A stretch of 64,000 nt of DNA from Eledone cirrhosa (Eukaryota), in assembly GCA_964016885.1 (NCBI GenBank), contig OZ024745.1, positions 114,452,001-114,516,000 on the forward strand. Direction: 5' to 3'. The translations under genes were made by a program, and so were the position numbers. Position 1 is the stretch's first letter, and each line of letters opens with the position of its first letter. The notes beneath the pieces were generated by a model. It saw only the letters and a program-made list of their open reading frames with translations. It was not told the origin of the DNA and ran no database searches. This document shows positions 30,537 to 43,944 of this stretch, piece by piece.

Positions 30537-30782
30537 CAATAATACGTTCGGCAACACTAACAGCAATCGAAAATAGTAAAAATGAAAGTTCACCTGGATT
30601 CAACCATCACAAACCACCATCCCTTCCTCACTACACGAAGAAAAAAAACTGCATCCTAAATGACAATCTCTTTCTCTTATCCCATCAAACATAAAAGAAA
30701 CACATACACATGCCTACTACCAATAATGAGCGCAGAGGAAGAACATATATCAGGCTCAGGCAGAGTTCATCGAGTCCGCTTC

Positions 30783-30883
<101 letters not shown>

Positions 30884-31199
30884 CAGGGGAGAGAAGAAGA
30901 AGAAGATGGGGCCCTATTCAGAAAGGGATTAGGCTCTGATGCGGGTGGGGGTTTTTCTCCCCCGCCTCCCCCGGGCCCTGAGTACAACTAGGAAAACAGA
31001 TCTCTCAGTTCGGTTGCCTATCTGCGAGTCATAGGGTTGTTTGATCAGATCTGACCTGGAGCTAGAGACCTGGGGCAAGGAAAGGGACAACAACTACTTT
31101 ATTGAATGAACCGGCGTCAGATTGTTTACGTGATCGTTTGACAACTTTGCTATTTAAGCCAAGTCTTTTTTCAAATACACCTTCAAAATCTAAAATCCA

Positions 31200-31420
31200 C
31201 GGTCTTCTCACTCCCGTTGAAGGAACCCCTCCACCGCTTCCTATCTCTGGCCATATTGGGTCATGTGGGGGCCATGGTATCAGGTCAGACTGTCGTGCCA
31301 TCTTGCCTTTGGCCGCCCTCTGGTTCTTCTCCACTGCCTTAGTGACCGATTTATCGCTCTAATATCTATTGTCACTGAGACGAGAGACGTGGCCTACCAT
31401 ACTGTCTTAAAAAAGAAAGG
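31200..31420 (-). pseudogene. RTE LINE 3' ORF end
   Basis: Frameshifted GHVSRLSDNR...RQWRRTRGRPKARWHDSL...NMARDRKRWR. Confidence 0.8.
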
Positions 31421-31585
31421 GCATGTTGTGCAATGTAATTCCTGATATTCAAAGAAATGATGGTATGTTCACGATTAGAACAGTTTTGATCCCAAGTCTA
31501 CTTAAATAGGATAGACAGGGACTAAAGTTACCAGTGAGAAAACGTCCAAATTTCTTTTTTAAAAAAAGTAAAACGAAAAATACCG

Positions 31586-31629
<44 letters not shown>

Positions 31630-31661
31630 AGCTGCTGCTACTACTACTACTACTACAGCTG

Positions 31662-31699
<38 letters not shown>

Positions 31700-31725
31700 G
31701 CTGCTGCTACTGCTACTACTACTGT
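31586..31725. repeat. (TAC)n/(TGC)n trinucleotide repeat
   Basis: Direct reading; source of the poly-Y and poly-V pseudo-ORFs. Confidence 0.95.
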
Positions 31726-32161
31726 TGATAGTAATACATACGTCATATTGACTAAATTAGGCTGGCCATCCAATGTTTATACTCCGCACAATCTCTTCTT
31801 CATCCTCATCATCTTCCCTCTCCTCCTCCTCCTCCCCCTCCATCTTCTCCTCCACCACTACAATTATATTTATATATACACCTCTACACAACTACAACCA
31901 CTACTCTTCTTAACAGACAACAACACTACAAAATGACAGTTAAAAAGAAAATGCTAACGATCGTTATCGTAAACATTGATGTCGTAGAAAATGATGTGTA
32001 TTTATTAGTGTCGTCATACAAACCTTAGCAACGGCTTACCTTGACGTCAGAAAAATCTCCGTGCTCTTTCACAATATTGATTTTATATATTCTAAATTTA
32101 TCACATCACATCGAATCTTGTGTTTGTGCATGTGTGCCTACATATATTTATACACACCGAC

Positions 32162-32226
<65 letters not shown>

Positions 32227-32254
32227 CACACACATACATACATACATACATACA

Positions 32255-32343
<89 letters not shown>

Positions 32344-32607
32344 GGCCATTTATAGGTACATACATATAAGGGGAAGAGTGAAAGATAAACAAATACAAAG
32401 GTTGAGAAACAATGATGTTGGACAAAAAAGGAGAAAATAAGAAATTACTAAAAAGGCTATTAGAAAGATAAAACATACATACATACATATACACATATGT
32501 ACGTACATACATACATACATATACATATACACATATGTACGTACATCCGTACATACATACATACATATACATATACACATATGTACGTACGTACATACAT
32601 ACATACA

Positions 32608-32860
32608 TATCAAAGATTAGTGAAAAGGAGAATATTTATGCAGAACTGATGAGAAATCTGCAGATACTCCACCCTGATTACACCTTCAGATTTATGTCTG
32701 TGATTTTTGGGGCACTGGGGTATGTTAGTAACTGCCTCAATACAAATCTTGAGAAGCTAGGCTTCACAGGAACAGAAAGAACACTAGGAAATTACAAGTA
32801 CAATCCATTAATGGAACAGTAAAAATATGTAAAACATTCCAAAAATTTTGCATCTAATAA
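32608..32860 (+). pseudogene. R4/Dong LINE C-terminal endonuclease remnant
   Basis: [38 protein letters not shown]...LQVQSINGTVKICKTF. Confidence 0.8.
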
Positions 32861-32995
32861 CTGCATATACACATGTACAGATACAAAGCATATACACATG
32901 CACACATACAACTCAAAACATCCACATCCACACATACAATAACATCCATATCTACACATGCATGCATACATACATATCTCCCAAAGAAGTGCGAG

Positions 32996-33183
32996 CAGTG
33001 CCAAACTTACCATTGTGCTAAGGTGTGCTTAAGCTCAGGACCCCGTTGGCCAGGGGATGGGGGGGGGGGGGCATCTACCTGCCAAAAAGGTTTTTTTTAC
33101 CGAGCCTACTTCCTTCAAGGCTCAAGTAAGGGATCTCATAACTTAACTAACACCGGGCCTCATTTGTCCTAAATCCGGCACTG
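32996..33183. mobile_element. hAT MITE with perfect 8-bp TSD
   Basis: agtgcgag|cagtgccaaactta ... taaatccggcactg|agtgcgag; truncated reverse copy at ~56294-56449. Confidence 0.9.
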
Positions 33184-33234
33184 AGTGCGAGCGATAAAAA
33201 GTAAGTGAGGAAGAGATATAGAAGAAAAGATCGA

Positions 33235-33362
33235 CCTCAATACTAGACTGGTACTTTTTTATAGACCCCGAAAGGATGAAAGGCAAAGTTGACCTCGGCG
33301 TCATTTGAATTCAGATCGCAGAGAACCAGAACGAATACCGAAAGCATTCTATCCAACGTTCC
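33235..33362 (-). mobile_element. SINE group A partial
   Basis: aaggatgaaaggcaaagttgacctcggcg. Confidence 0.7.
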
Positions 33363-33760
33363 GTGTCGCAACTTCAATAACATCTTATGAAAAAGTTCTC
33401 GAAAATGTATGGAGATTCTACACTCCAAACAAATTAATAACTTTAAAACAAGAACTCAAGACATTGAATGAAAATTTTTGTTATCGGGAAAAAGTAACGA
33501 GCCACGAGTTTGCTTCTAATCCACAAACTGTTTAGCGGAAGAGGAAAAAGAAAAACAATATTGTCGTTAAAAATAAAAAGCTTTTCTCGAGATCTTAAAA
33601 CAATTTTGTCTAACTTCTGGAACAAAAGGAAAGATCTTAGTCAGAATGCACCATGGCTAAATACAATCAAGAAAGCACACTAAACAAATTATGGAAGCCA
33701 GATTTGTGTCGAATTGGGTTACCATAGCACAGATGAATCTTGTAACCAAGAACTAAAACA
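33360..33760 (+). pseudogene. R4/Dong-like LINE pre-RT remnant
   Basis: LKQELK...HEFASNPQTV...NFW...NAPWLNTI resembles the region upstream of the R4-clade RT; heavily decayed. Confidence 0.5.
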
Positions 33761-34419
33761 CTGACTTGGTAGAATACTATATGAGCATTGTTTTGCCTAA
33801 ACATTATGTATTAACTTTACAGAACCCGTCTTAAACAATTTCTCCAAGAACATTGCGAATCGAACATTATTGTGACTGATAAGTAGGCAGGTGAAAAGAG
33901 AATGTAGGGATACACTGAATAACTTTTGATAAATACAGTTGTGTTGTCTGAAACACAAAAACACTACAGAAGCCTTGTGACGGTATGTCTTGATTATTGA
34001 CGAGCATTTGTTTCTATTAATCATTCATAGTTACTGAAGTGACTACAATTGGCAAAAGTACTAGCATTATATTTTCTTCACGAGCTGCCAGTTTCTTAAT
34101 TGTTGCAATTATTCGGCTTCCAGATTGTTTGTCATGCTGTCACCTGACAGTACACGAAATACGACTAGTCGCCATTTCATCGTGTTTTGTCTTTCAGACA
34201 CACAACTATGGCAGCCAGTGGCCTGTTTGGGGCATCTGCTGTGGTATAAGCGGCAATTATGTCTTCGAAGATTGAAGCATAAATGTATAATGCAATATAT
34301 TAACAGTTAGTAAAAATGAGAATGGTAACTCTTTATTGAAGGAATTGTATTTGTATCCTCAACAATGTAAAAATTGGATTTGAAAGAAGGAAATAACATT
34401 ACTAACAAGTGCTAATAAT

Positions 34420-34925
34420 TATTTTAGACACAATGCCAACAAATCTGGGGGAAGGGCAAAATAGATCAACCCCATTTCTTGACTTGTACATTATTTTATC
34501 GACCTCGGAAGGTTGAATATTAAAGTTGAATCCTGCCGAGATCAACTTTCCCTTTTATACTTTTGGAGGTCGATAAAATAGAGTACGAGTCAAGTACTAG
34601 GGTTGATTTAATCGTCTTTGCCTTTCCCTCAAATTCTCTGGCCTTGGACCTTAATTAGAAATCAATAATTATTATAGTAATAAAGAAATACAACATAATA
34701 GTGTATACATAGATTTTCTATTCGTAATTAACTTCTCATCAAAAATTAGTATCAAGTAGTAGGTGTGAGAGATCTGTATTTACTACTCACTATTTGGAGA
34801 AGACGGTCTGAGGTCAAATCCAGCCGAGTTTAACTTTGCCTTTCATCCTTACGGGGTCAATAAAATAAAGTACCAGTAATGTACTGGGTAATTGCTGGCC
34901 TTGTGCCAAAAGTAGAAACAACTAT
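34420..34925. mobile_element. Cluster of SINE group A fragments in both orientations
   Basis: ~34420-34530 (-), ~34530-34670 (+), ~34805-34925 (+). Confidence 0.7.
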
Positions 34926-35084
34926 TTGGAGAAGACATTTCTCCGGAGGATAGCGAGGAAGGCGCGCTGGAACAGCCACTCCAAGTCATGTAGCTCGCAC
35001 TAGCAAGTAGCCAACTCTGCCTCAATTAAAGTGTGAGAGTAAAACGATTTTATTAAAAGATTCGAATCGATAAGATCCCGTACC

Positions 35085-35300
35085 CCATTCGCTTACCGAA
35101 TGGGGTGAAACTCGTCAAATCGAAACAAGGAAACAATGTTTCCATTGATCTTTCTAATTGATAATACCAGTCGCAACTCCTGGCAGAAGGAGCAACGCGA
35201 AATATAGTGTCTTGTTCAATGACATAATGTATCGCCCGACCCGGGAATCGAACTCACAACCTCATGACTGTGAACCCAACTCTCTAACCACTAAGCCACG
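35085..35300 (-). mobile_element. SINE group B
   Basis: Minus strand cgtggcttagtggttagag...gagttcgattcccggg. Confidence 0.7.
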
Positions 35301-35527
35301 ATAACATGGAAATATTCCTCTATAATTGCTGCGCACATTTGAACACAATGTGTTTTTTAAAGCCTTGTAAATCTCCCTTAGGAAAGCAGTTGATTATTAC
35401 CTTGACGTTTAGCAAGCAGAAAGTTCGTCAAAGAGAATCTAAACTATAATAAAGGAAGGTCTGCGGGATTGCGTACGGTTTTGTTTTTTTATCCCGTTTG
35501 TAAAATAAGTTGGATTACTTTGAATAA

Positions 35528-35703
35528 ATAATTGTTTCTATTTTTAGGCACAAGGCCAGCAATTACCCAGTACATTACTGGTACTTTATTTTATCGACCC
35601 CGTAAGGATGAAAGGCAAAGTTAACCTCGGCGGGATTTGAACTCAGATCATAAAGGGACGTAACTCTATGCTTCAAAGCATGGTGTCCGACTCTCTACCG
35701 ATA
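35528..35703 (-). mobile_element. SINE group A
   Basis: Near-consensus copy. Confidence 0.9.
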
Positions 35704-36368
35704 AATAATGAATGAATATTACATAATTTATTTGCTAAATTTAGTGGCTGTTGATTAAATATATTTTGTTTATTTAAAGATTCACTTCTTTAAAATTTCT
35801 AAAATGTCAACACTTCCGGTTGGCCATCGCTTAAATAAACATACTAATTTTCTCCTAATGCAGTTTATATATAATATCGTCTTTTTTAATATATCATGGA
35901 TTACGTTACTGATTAAATGGGAGACTGTAACGCAGTCTTTGTTCAATTTCTATGTATTATATATTGTCAATTACGATTTTATTTGATGTATCATATCTAC
36001 ATGTATATATATATATATATATACCTGCGTATAATATCAATATACAAATTACACATGCTAGCAGAAACCACCCGAAGGGTGGTTTTTCTGCTAGTTTTGC
36101 TAAAGCTGTTTTCTTGGCACAAGAATCATACATATTTTTCATCCCGTAAATTATGAACAATAAAGAAACAGTAAACATTATCAAATATGAGTATTCTTAT
36201 TAGTTAATGTAAAATTAAAATCATCAAATCATCAAATCATCAAATCCAACAACTCAGTATGTATATATTTGTGCATGTGCTTGATGTGTGAATATATATA
36301 ATGCGCATTTTAAGCCATCATAGAGAAAGAGAGGGGGAGGGGGCAGACAGAGGGATAGATCGATATAT

Positions 36369-36451
<83 letters not shown>

Positions 36452-36945
36452 GCATTGTGCTTTCATTTTTTGTTGATTTATTTATAATTGCTTTTATATC
36501 GAGAAAGTATTTTGATAGATTACGGGAGAGTCTGAATTCAACTACTACGTGGAGTTTTCAGGCAGTTAGATTCTTTAAAGATTTAGATGATTGAATCGTG
36601 GATTTTTACATTTCTATCTTTATTGCTTTTCTAAGCACAGTATTCTATAGACAAAGCGTTTAGAAAGGCAACGTATTCAGCAGTCTCTATTTTTTTAACA
36701 TTAAAAAGAAGTGGCATCTTGTACGTCACTACGACTTTAGAAAAGGAAAATATCAATACAGTTCTATTACAAAAACATATTCTCTTGACTAATTTCCTTT
36801 AGGGATTCTGCAATTTATTTCACATAATAGTTACTTATTGGTCGTTAGATTTAAATTTTATTTTTAAATATCTTTTAACCCTAGCTACTCTCCCTTGATA
36901 ATCACATCTTTATCACTGTCTTTCTTTAGATTCTGTTTCAATATA

Positions 36946-37020
36946 CAGCGTGTTCCAAAAAAATGTATACACATATTTATTGGAATGTTGTTGAAGCGTG
37001 TATATATTTTTTGGGACAAC

Positions 37021-37024
<4 letters not shown>
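36946..37024. mobile_element. Very short Tc1/mariner-like MITE
   Basis: TA|cagcgtgttccaaaaaaatgtatacac ... gtgtatatattttttgggacaacctct; imperfect TIRs. Confidence 0.5.
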
Positions 37025-37052
<28 letters not shown>

Positions 37053-37435
37053 CATATTTTTAATGTACCCTTCCTATTTCTTTCTTTCGCTTCCTTTCAT
37101 TTACTGAGCTATTCTATTTGAAAGGCAATTAGTTTTAGAATAATTTACTTTAATAAATTATCAGAAATATAACTATTCGATAAAGTTTTGAAATCAAAAC
37201 TATTCACAGGCAATAAATTATTACTTGATGATGTTTTAAAATTATGAATGAATGCTAGAAGAAAATTTGAAGATTTTTGGAGAGGTTTTTTTTTCACCAT
37301 TTTGGTTGTTTTATATTTCTTGTAATGTGTCTCCTCATATAAATATATCTATATAATGGCAGCGCCCCAGCATGGCCTCGGCCAATCGGCTGGAACACAT
37401 AAAAGGGTGTGTGTACGGCATTTTTATTAAAGTCA

Positions 37436-37780
37436 TAATTGTTTCTACTTTTGGCACAAGGCCAGCAAATTACCCAGTGCATTACTGGTACTTTATTTTA
37501 TCGACCACGTAAGGATGAAAGGCAAAGTTAACCTCGGCGGGATTGGAACTCAGAATGGCAAGGGCTGTAACTCTATACGTCAAAGCATGGCGTCCGACTC
37601 TCTACCGATACTGCCAATCCATGTCATAATGGTTTCTGATTTAGGCACAAGTCCAACAATTTTATTTTTGTATGGAGGAGCGATTAAATCGATCCAGTGT
37701 ATTACTGGTACTTTATTTTATTGACCCCGTAACGATGAAAGACGAAGCTAACCTCGGTGGGATTTGAACCCAGAACGTAT
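37436..37780 (-). mobile_element. Two tandem SINE group A copies
   Basis: Bodies at ~37436-37622 and ~37628-37780. Confidence 0.85.
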
Positions 37781-37825
37781 ATATATATATATATACATAT
37801 ATATAAATATGTGTGTGTGTGTGTG

Positions 37826-37879
37826 AAAAAATTCAGGTCCTCGACGGCTGAGCTCCGGCCGTTTCGATAGCTAGCTCCG

Positions 37880-37976
<97 letters not shown>

Positions 37977-38039
37977 TATGAAAAAATTCAGGTCCTCGAC
38001 GGCTGAGCTCCGGCCATTTCGATAGCTAGCTCCGAACTA
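37826..38039 (-). mobile_element. Two family E1 single arms in a local duplication with microsatellites
   Basis: aaaaattcaggtcctcgacggctgagctccggcc.tttcgatagctagctccgaacta at 37826-37884 and 37980-38039. Confidence 0.75.
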
Positions 38040-38052
38040 TATATATATATAG

Positions 38053-38104
<52 letters not shown>

Positions 38105-38531
38105 CTAGCGCATATACAAATAGATGTGTGTTTTGGTAGTTTGGGAAGAAAATATATAATTATTGGGCGGAGGGGGAGCATGCCCCCCCCCCCCCCCCCA
38201 ATTCCACCATTCCTGAACTGATTGAAATCACGCCGCACACTTTCACCATCTGTCATCTCCCTTTTGGCCGGCTGTGCCTCTCCTGCGGGACATAATGACT
38301 CTTTTGAGTCCCTGAGTTTGAGACGGCTGTGTAAGGTTTGACTCTTCCTTAAGCGGCTTGGGCCTGGTGGATGAGTTCGAATGTAGTTATTTGGATACGT
38401 TTGCCCGAGTTCGTGAATGACTTTAGTTTCATCTGTACGTATTTACGTTCAAGTTAAGGCAATTGTCAGTCTTGTTTACATATATCTATATCTATATAAA
38501 TATATGTACATGCATACATACATGTGTGTGT

Positions 38532-38578
<47 letters not shown>

Positions 38579-38639
38579 AAGGCGTATATATATATATATA
38601 TGGAAGGCGTATGTATATATATATATATGAATGTATATA

Positions 38640-38887
38640 TAGTGTATTTTGCAATATACTGTATGCTTAATTAAAGGCATTTCGAAGGCCTTACGCTATT
38701 GTTTTAGAGTAGTGACAGTCTCACTTACTTTAAATTTTCAGCAAACAGGGGAGATAAAGCTGACAGAGCTCTGTTTCGTACTGATTGGTACTTATCAAAG
38801 CCAAGTACTCCACCTGTTTGCTGAAAATCATGAATGTTTGATTCTTATAGAATTCTAGTAATAATCTATAAGAATCAAACATTCATA
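38640..38887 (-). mobile_element. PLE-type pseudo-LTR family X with fold-back 5' end
   Basis: Hairpin atgaatgtttgattcttataga/tctataagaatcaaacattcat (38830-38887), HHR, tail ending in TA repeat. Confidence 0.7.
38758..38802 (-). ncRNA. Type I hammerhead, U3-A8 core variant (GUC) with extended stem I
   Basis: Minus strand ggct-TTGATAA-gtaccaatcagtac-GAAA-cagagctctg-TC-agct; stem I continues past an internal loop into attttcagcaaacagg/cctgtttgctgaaaat. Confidence 0.8.
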
Positions 38888-39036
38888 ATTTGCATATCGA
38901 GTAAGTTAATCGGCCGGGTGCACCGAAAACGCCCGGCCGATTAACTCACTCGATATGCAAATTAGGCTGCTCAGCCGTTAATATGCATAAGGAAAGTATA
39001 TACTTTCAGACGTTCAATCATCTGGCAGGAAGGTAT

Positions 39037-39079
39037 ACGGTGCTGACGATAGCTAATAAGCTTGAAACTAGTACATCGT
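39037..39079 (+). ncRNA. Type I minimal hammerhead (GUA), copy 1
   Basis: acggtg-CTGACGA-tagctaataagctt-GAAA-ctag-TA-catcgt. Confidence 0.8.
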
Positions 39080-39344
39080 TCCTTTGTCAGTGTTGAACAA
39101 AAGGGCAACGATGGTTGCTAAACACTGTACGGCTTAATTCGGAATGTTTGTTTACAACTTATGTACATACTTATATTTAAGTAACAGCCGTACTAAGAGT
39201 GAGAAATGAATTTCGTTTCATTTTTTCCATTTATCGTTTTCGGTGCGCCCGGCCGATTAACCCACTCGATATGCAAATTGGGATACTCAGCCGTTAATAT
39301 GCATAAGGTAAGTATATACGTTCAACAGTCTGGTAGGAAGGAAT

Positions 39345-39387
39345 ACGTTGCTGACGATAGCTAATAAGCTTGAAACTAGTACAGCGT
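39345..39387 (+). ncRNA. Type I minimal hammerhead (GUA), copy 2
   Basis: acgttg-CTGACGA-tagctaataagctt-GAAA-ctag-TA-cagcgt. Confidence 0.8.
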
Positions 39388-39686
39388 TCCTTTGTCAGTG
39401 TTGAACAAACGAGCAACGATGGTTGCTAGACACTACGGCTTAATACGGAATGTTTGTTTACAAACACAACGAGCATTATAATAAATGTTCGGTGAATCCA
39501 TACGTACATATATATATATGTGTGCATGTATGTATATATATATACATACTACTGTACGTCTGTATACATATATGTATGTACGTGTACATACTTATATTTA
39601 AGTAACAGCCGTACTAAGAGTGGGAAATGAAATTTCGTTTCATTTTTTCCGTTTATATATATATATATATATATATATAAATGCAT

Positions 39687-39737
<51 letters not shown>

Positions 39738-39761
39738 GCATATACAAATATAAAAATGTGT

Positions 39762-39792
<31 letters not shown>

Positions 39793-39798
<6 letters not shown>

Positions 39799-40122
39799 CG
39801 CATGGCTTGGTGGTTAGAGCGTCAGGCTTACAATCGTGATGTTGTGAGTTCGATTCTCGGACCGGGCTTTGTGTTGTGTTCTTGAGCAAGACACTTTATT
39901 TCACGTTGCTCCAGTTCACTCATCTGTAGAAATGTATTGTGACGTCACTGGTGCCAAGCTGTATCAGCCTTTGCCTTTCACTTGGACAACATCGTTGGTT
40001 TGGAAAGGGAAGACAAGTATACTGATCTTCCACAAACAACCTTGCCAGGACTTGTGCCTCGGAGGGGAACTGTCTAGGTGCAAATCCCATGGTCATTCGT
40101 GACTGAAGGGGTTCTTTATCTT
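39793..40122 (+). mobile_element. SINE group B, full length
   Basis: A-box tggcttggtgg, B-box gagttcgattc, cttgagcaagacactttatttcac; tail related to 45295-45505 (-). Confidence 0.85.
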
Positions 40123-40144
40123 ATATATATACATATATATAAAA

Positions 40145-40323
40145 AACGAAGGAGGTGTGGTAAGGAACCAGATGGACCATAACGCACTCAATACTTAGGG
40201 TAGTAGAGTGGGTAATAGGAAAATGTTAGACCTCGACGGCAGAGCTCAAGCCGATTCGGCGGCTATTTCAGAAATAGTCGTCGAAACGGCTTGAGCTCTG
40301 CCGTCGGGGTCTAGCATTTTCCT
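40145..40323 (-). mobile_element. Family E1 fold-back element
   Basis: E1 tail (reverse) plus palindrome 40217-40323. Confidence 0.8.
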
Positions 40324-42329
40324 ATATATATATATATAAATATATATATATGAAGTCCTGTGTCTGAAGTAGAACGAAACATACGTAGAGTTGAGGAGAT
40401 ATAAGATTTTGGTCACTGATTCTGTGCTCCAGTTTTAATGATTTCATTTCACTCACACTTTATAAAAGGTATGAGCATCGCATGCTCACATTTACTTCTT
40501 CTTTACAAATATTAAGTATTGTATCCCTATAAGGAATCAAACATTTTTTGAACCAATGAAGTTAATTTCGTTAAGAACTACCCAACTTAATATTTTTCTA
40601 AAAATTAGCAAATTGACTACAGTTGGATCTTTAAGAATGACTATGCTGGTAGATTGTCTGAATTAATGAATTTAGATTCGTGTCCTTGAGTTCAAATCGA
40701 GTCAACTGCGTCTTTTTCCTTTTACTTAATCCATGCTTTATTATTTCAAACAAAACAATAGAAACAATACGAAAGCAAGTGAAAATCTTTCTCGGTTATG
40801 TTACTCGTCTTTGATCGATTATTATGTAAACAGTTCGATTATAACTTTAATTGTGAAACAAAATTCTATTTCGCAGAAAATTTAAACCTCATTATGTTCT
40901 CGTGAAAGGTTTCAGCCTGCAATTGAATATCATGTTTAAATTAAGAAAATAGCTTCAGGATAATCTTATTGCCAGGTATTAAATTTGGATAAACCAGAAA
41001 TCATGATTCACTGATGAGCATCAAATTACAAGGAAGGTGTGCTGATCAATGAATTTGTGAGGGAATTATGTTAAAACGTGCACTAAGAATTACCTCCAAG
41101 GGTTTTTCTTTTTTTATTTTTTATTCAATGAATCGAAAATTGATTTTACAATTTCACTGATAAAAAAAAATATAGGATTAGAGGCAAATTCTTTGTTGGG
41201 TGTTGTCGTGGGCCAAAACAATGAACGAATAGATATAATAAATTAAAATAGAATAAAGCAAAATATTCAATTATTCGATTCGCAGGAAAAGATTTTTTCT
41301 GTTAATGATAATTTAGACTTTTACTTTCGTCATGAATCCCCACCCCCCCTCTCCCCATCAATTCCATTTGTTTTTGTCATAAAATGCAAATAAAAGTTTC
41401 TATTATAGTAAAAGTAGTCTTTCATAATAAAATTTCTAAAGAATTTACATGAATATTTTAAATGACAAAAACACCCTTTTGCTTCTAGTTCTAGTATAAG
41501 ATAGCTCCCCATTTTGTTTTATAAGACTGAATGAAAATAATAGGCTCTATTTTGATAAAATACCCCATAGAAAAAGAAAGAAAGTGGTATCAAATGTAAT
41601 CTAATAAATTAAATCATTTTTGTTAAAAAAATCCATATTCAAAGAAAAACAAAATCATTTCCGATTTTTATTTTAAAATTTAATTTAAATCTGCTTTCAA
41701 CAAAAAATATCACTTAATCACTGAAATGTTTCATTGACAAATTATTTTCATACTTCATTCCACTTTCATTTCCCTATTGTTTGACCTTTTCTGGCAGTGC
41801 AGTATAAAGTTGAACGACACAACTCCATAGTAGGCTTCTCAAGATATTTATTCTGATACATGGTATAAAGTGGTTGAGAACACATACACAGATAAGATGA
41901 CTGCTTCAGTCAGCATCAGCAATCTACCGCTCCTCCTATTATAACAAAAACGATTATATATTCACCTAATTTTAAAGCAGTAGAGTAAGATTTTAAAATT
42001 TGACTGCTAATTGTAGCCGGTTTAGCGACCATGGGGAAAAGGCTCCTTCGTTAGATTATGAAGGAACATAACCAACGTAATAAAAACTAGAAACTCAGTA
42101 CATTAACATCATATGCACACGACTGAATCAAAACTCATCATTATATAACTGAATATGAAAATAACTTTGAAAAAAGGTAGAAAGACAGAAAACTGGTAAA
42201 TGTTTGTATCCAACACAGACCACCAAACAAACAATGAACTATTTATAGAGAGTAGTTAACAACCACAACAACAACAATGTTAATTTTAAATAACATATTC
42301 ACTATCCAACGCCCTTATTAGAAATCTCT

Positions 42330-43940
42330 CAAAATTCGGCCAACAAAAACCACTTAATGAAGACAAGATTACAAAACAAAACATAAGCCTTCTACTTAAA
42401 CTATGCTATTAACCTTCTCTTTCCATCAGACACCTAAAAGCAATAGGCAAATCCAAAATTTCTAAATTATCGGGCCTGATAAAATAACAAAATGAAATAA
42501 AAGAAACTTAGAGCCAATCTAATCTAATCCAGGGCCTCCACCGCTTTCTGTTTGGTTTTAGACATGGAAAATTGCGGGTCGATGAGGCTTTTTAACTCAT
42601 AGTTGAGAGTATACAACATCTTCAATATAACACTTTACCCTCTGGCTACTCCATTAAAAGACAATATATAAAAAAGATGAAGCTCGTCTGCGTCAGGAAC
42701 TAGAGCAAATGCCGTAAAATTCCAAGAATCTGGAAGCTGGGCAAATTCATAATTCTAAAGCTATAGTGAATAAGCTTCGTACAAACCCACCCTTTCTACG
42801 CACCCCCACAAAGATTTTATAAACGTTCATCCTTGACATTCACTTGCCTACACACCCCTGCTCCAAATAACTACACTGATTCAGATAACTACATTCAACT
42901 ACTTCAGTACTCATGAACCAACAATAAAATATCCATATGGACACCCTCAAACAATATCGTTCACAAATATTCAAGAACACGATACAGCTTTATTTGGAAA
43001 ATATAACAATGATGTCCACAACGCCAATGATAAAGACATGAAGAACCGTTAAATATCTCCTCCTTCTTCAATGTCATAAGTCCATTCAGAGAACATGGCT
43101 CAATATTTATAATCTTGCTGCGTAGCATTAAAAAATTATTTATGGAGTTAAAAGATTTGACCATAACATACGACATCCATATAGTTGTAATTAAGGAAAC
43201 GTGTTTACTATCTAAATACAAAATTCCCAGAATTCCAAATTACACTGACACTGGACTAAACAGATCCTTGCGCAATGCAGCGGATAAGAAATATATAAAA
43301 TATAACTTGCACTCAATATATAGATTATCACAAATGACGTTCGTAATAGTGATATTAGATTAGAAATTCGGGATTTCAAAATATAAATCAGCACCACGAA
43401 TCTCATTAATACAATAATTATATATGCTACTAATGGCATCACCAACCGCCCATCAGGTTACACAGTACAACGCTTCCAAATGCACCATCACTGGGCGGCT
43501 TCAATGCACTCAACAACTGAATTTAAAATGATACAGATAAAAAACAATATACAACATATTAGCATCACACCTGAACTCGCTTTACATCCTAATCAATCTA
43601 TCCCAACACATACACACACTCTTACTCACACACACACACACATATACCTCACCAAGTCAACTGCAACACCTCTTCCCAGATATTACCTTCAATTCCTAGC
43701 TACAACAAATGTTAAGCAAAGAATTCTTTAAATCTCCTCGGTCCACATACCCATTAACATCATAAAACATTCACCCATCAACGAAGAGAGAATAAACATT
43801 TATATAAATTTAAAGAAGTCCAGTGGAACTTGTTCCACCATAAATTAGAATCAAGGGTTTCAGAATGAAACACCACGCTCACCAACAGAAGATGAATTCA
43901 ACAAAAAAATCATAAACATTCCACCAAGCAGCATAATAGA
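42330..43940 (+). pseudogene. Highly decayed LINE remnants (AP endonuclease and pre-RT pieces)
   Basis: ELKDLTITYDIHIVVIKETCLLSKYKIPRIPNY (APE N-terminus-like); SGPDKIT and PRIWKLGK (pre-RT-like). Confidence 0.55.
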
Positions 43941-43944
43941 ATAA

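Larger units (their letters stand above)
38888..39657 (+). mobile_element. Tandem HHR-bearing repeat (PLE pseudo-LTR / retrozyme-like, family Y) with inverted 5' piece
   Basis: Unit 1 ~38931-39235, unit 2 ~39236-39657; 38888-38930 is the reverse complement of the unit start; ends in (TA)n. Confidence 0.8.

Noticed and set aside
31062-31362. GC-richer ORFs as a host exon
   Set aside because: Overlap a frameshifted RTE 3' end on the minus strand.
38195-38420. Open minus-strand frame in a GC-richer patch
   Set aside because: No recognisable domain or splice support; left unassigned.
40337-40392. HHR-like GAAA-catacg-TA next to (TA)n
   Set aside because: Core and stems too degraded to support.
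41010-41020. CTGATGA motif
   Set aside because: No stem II/GAAA context.
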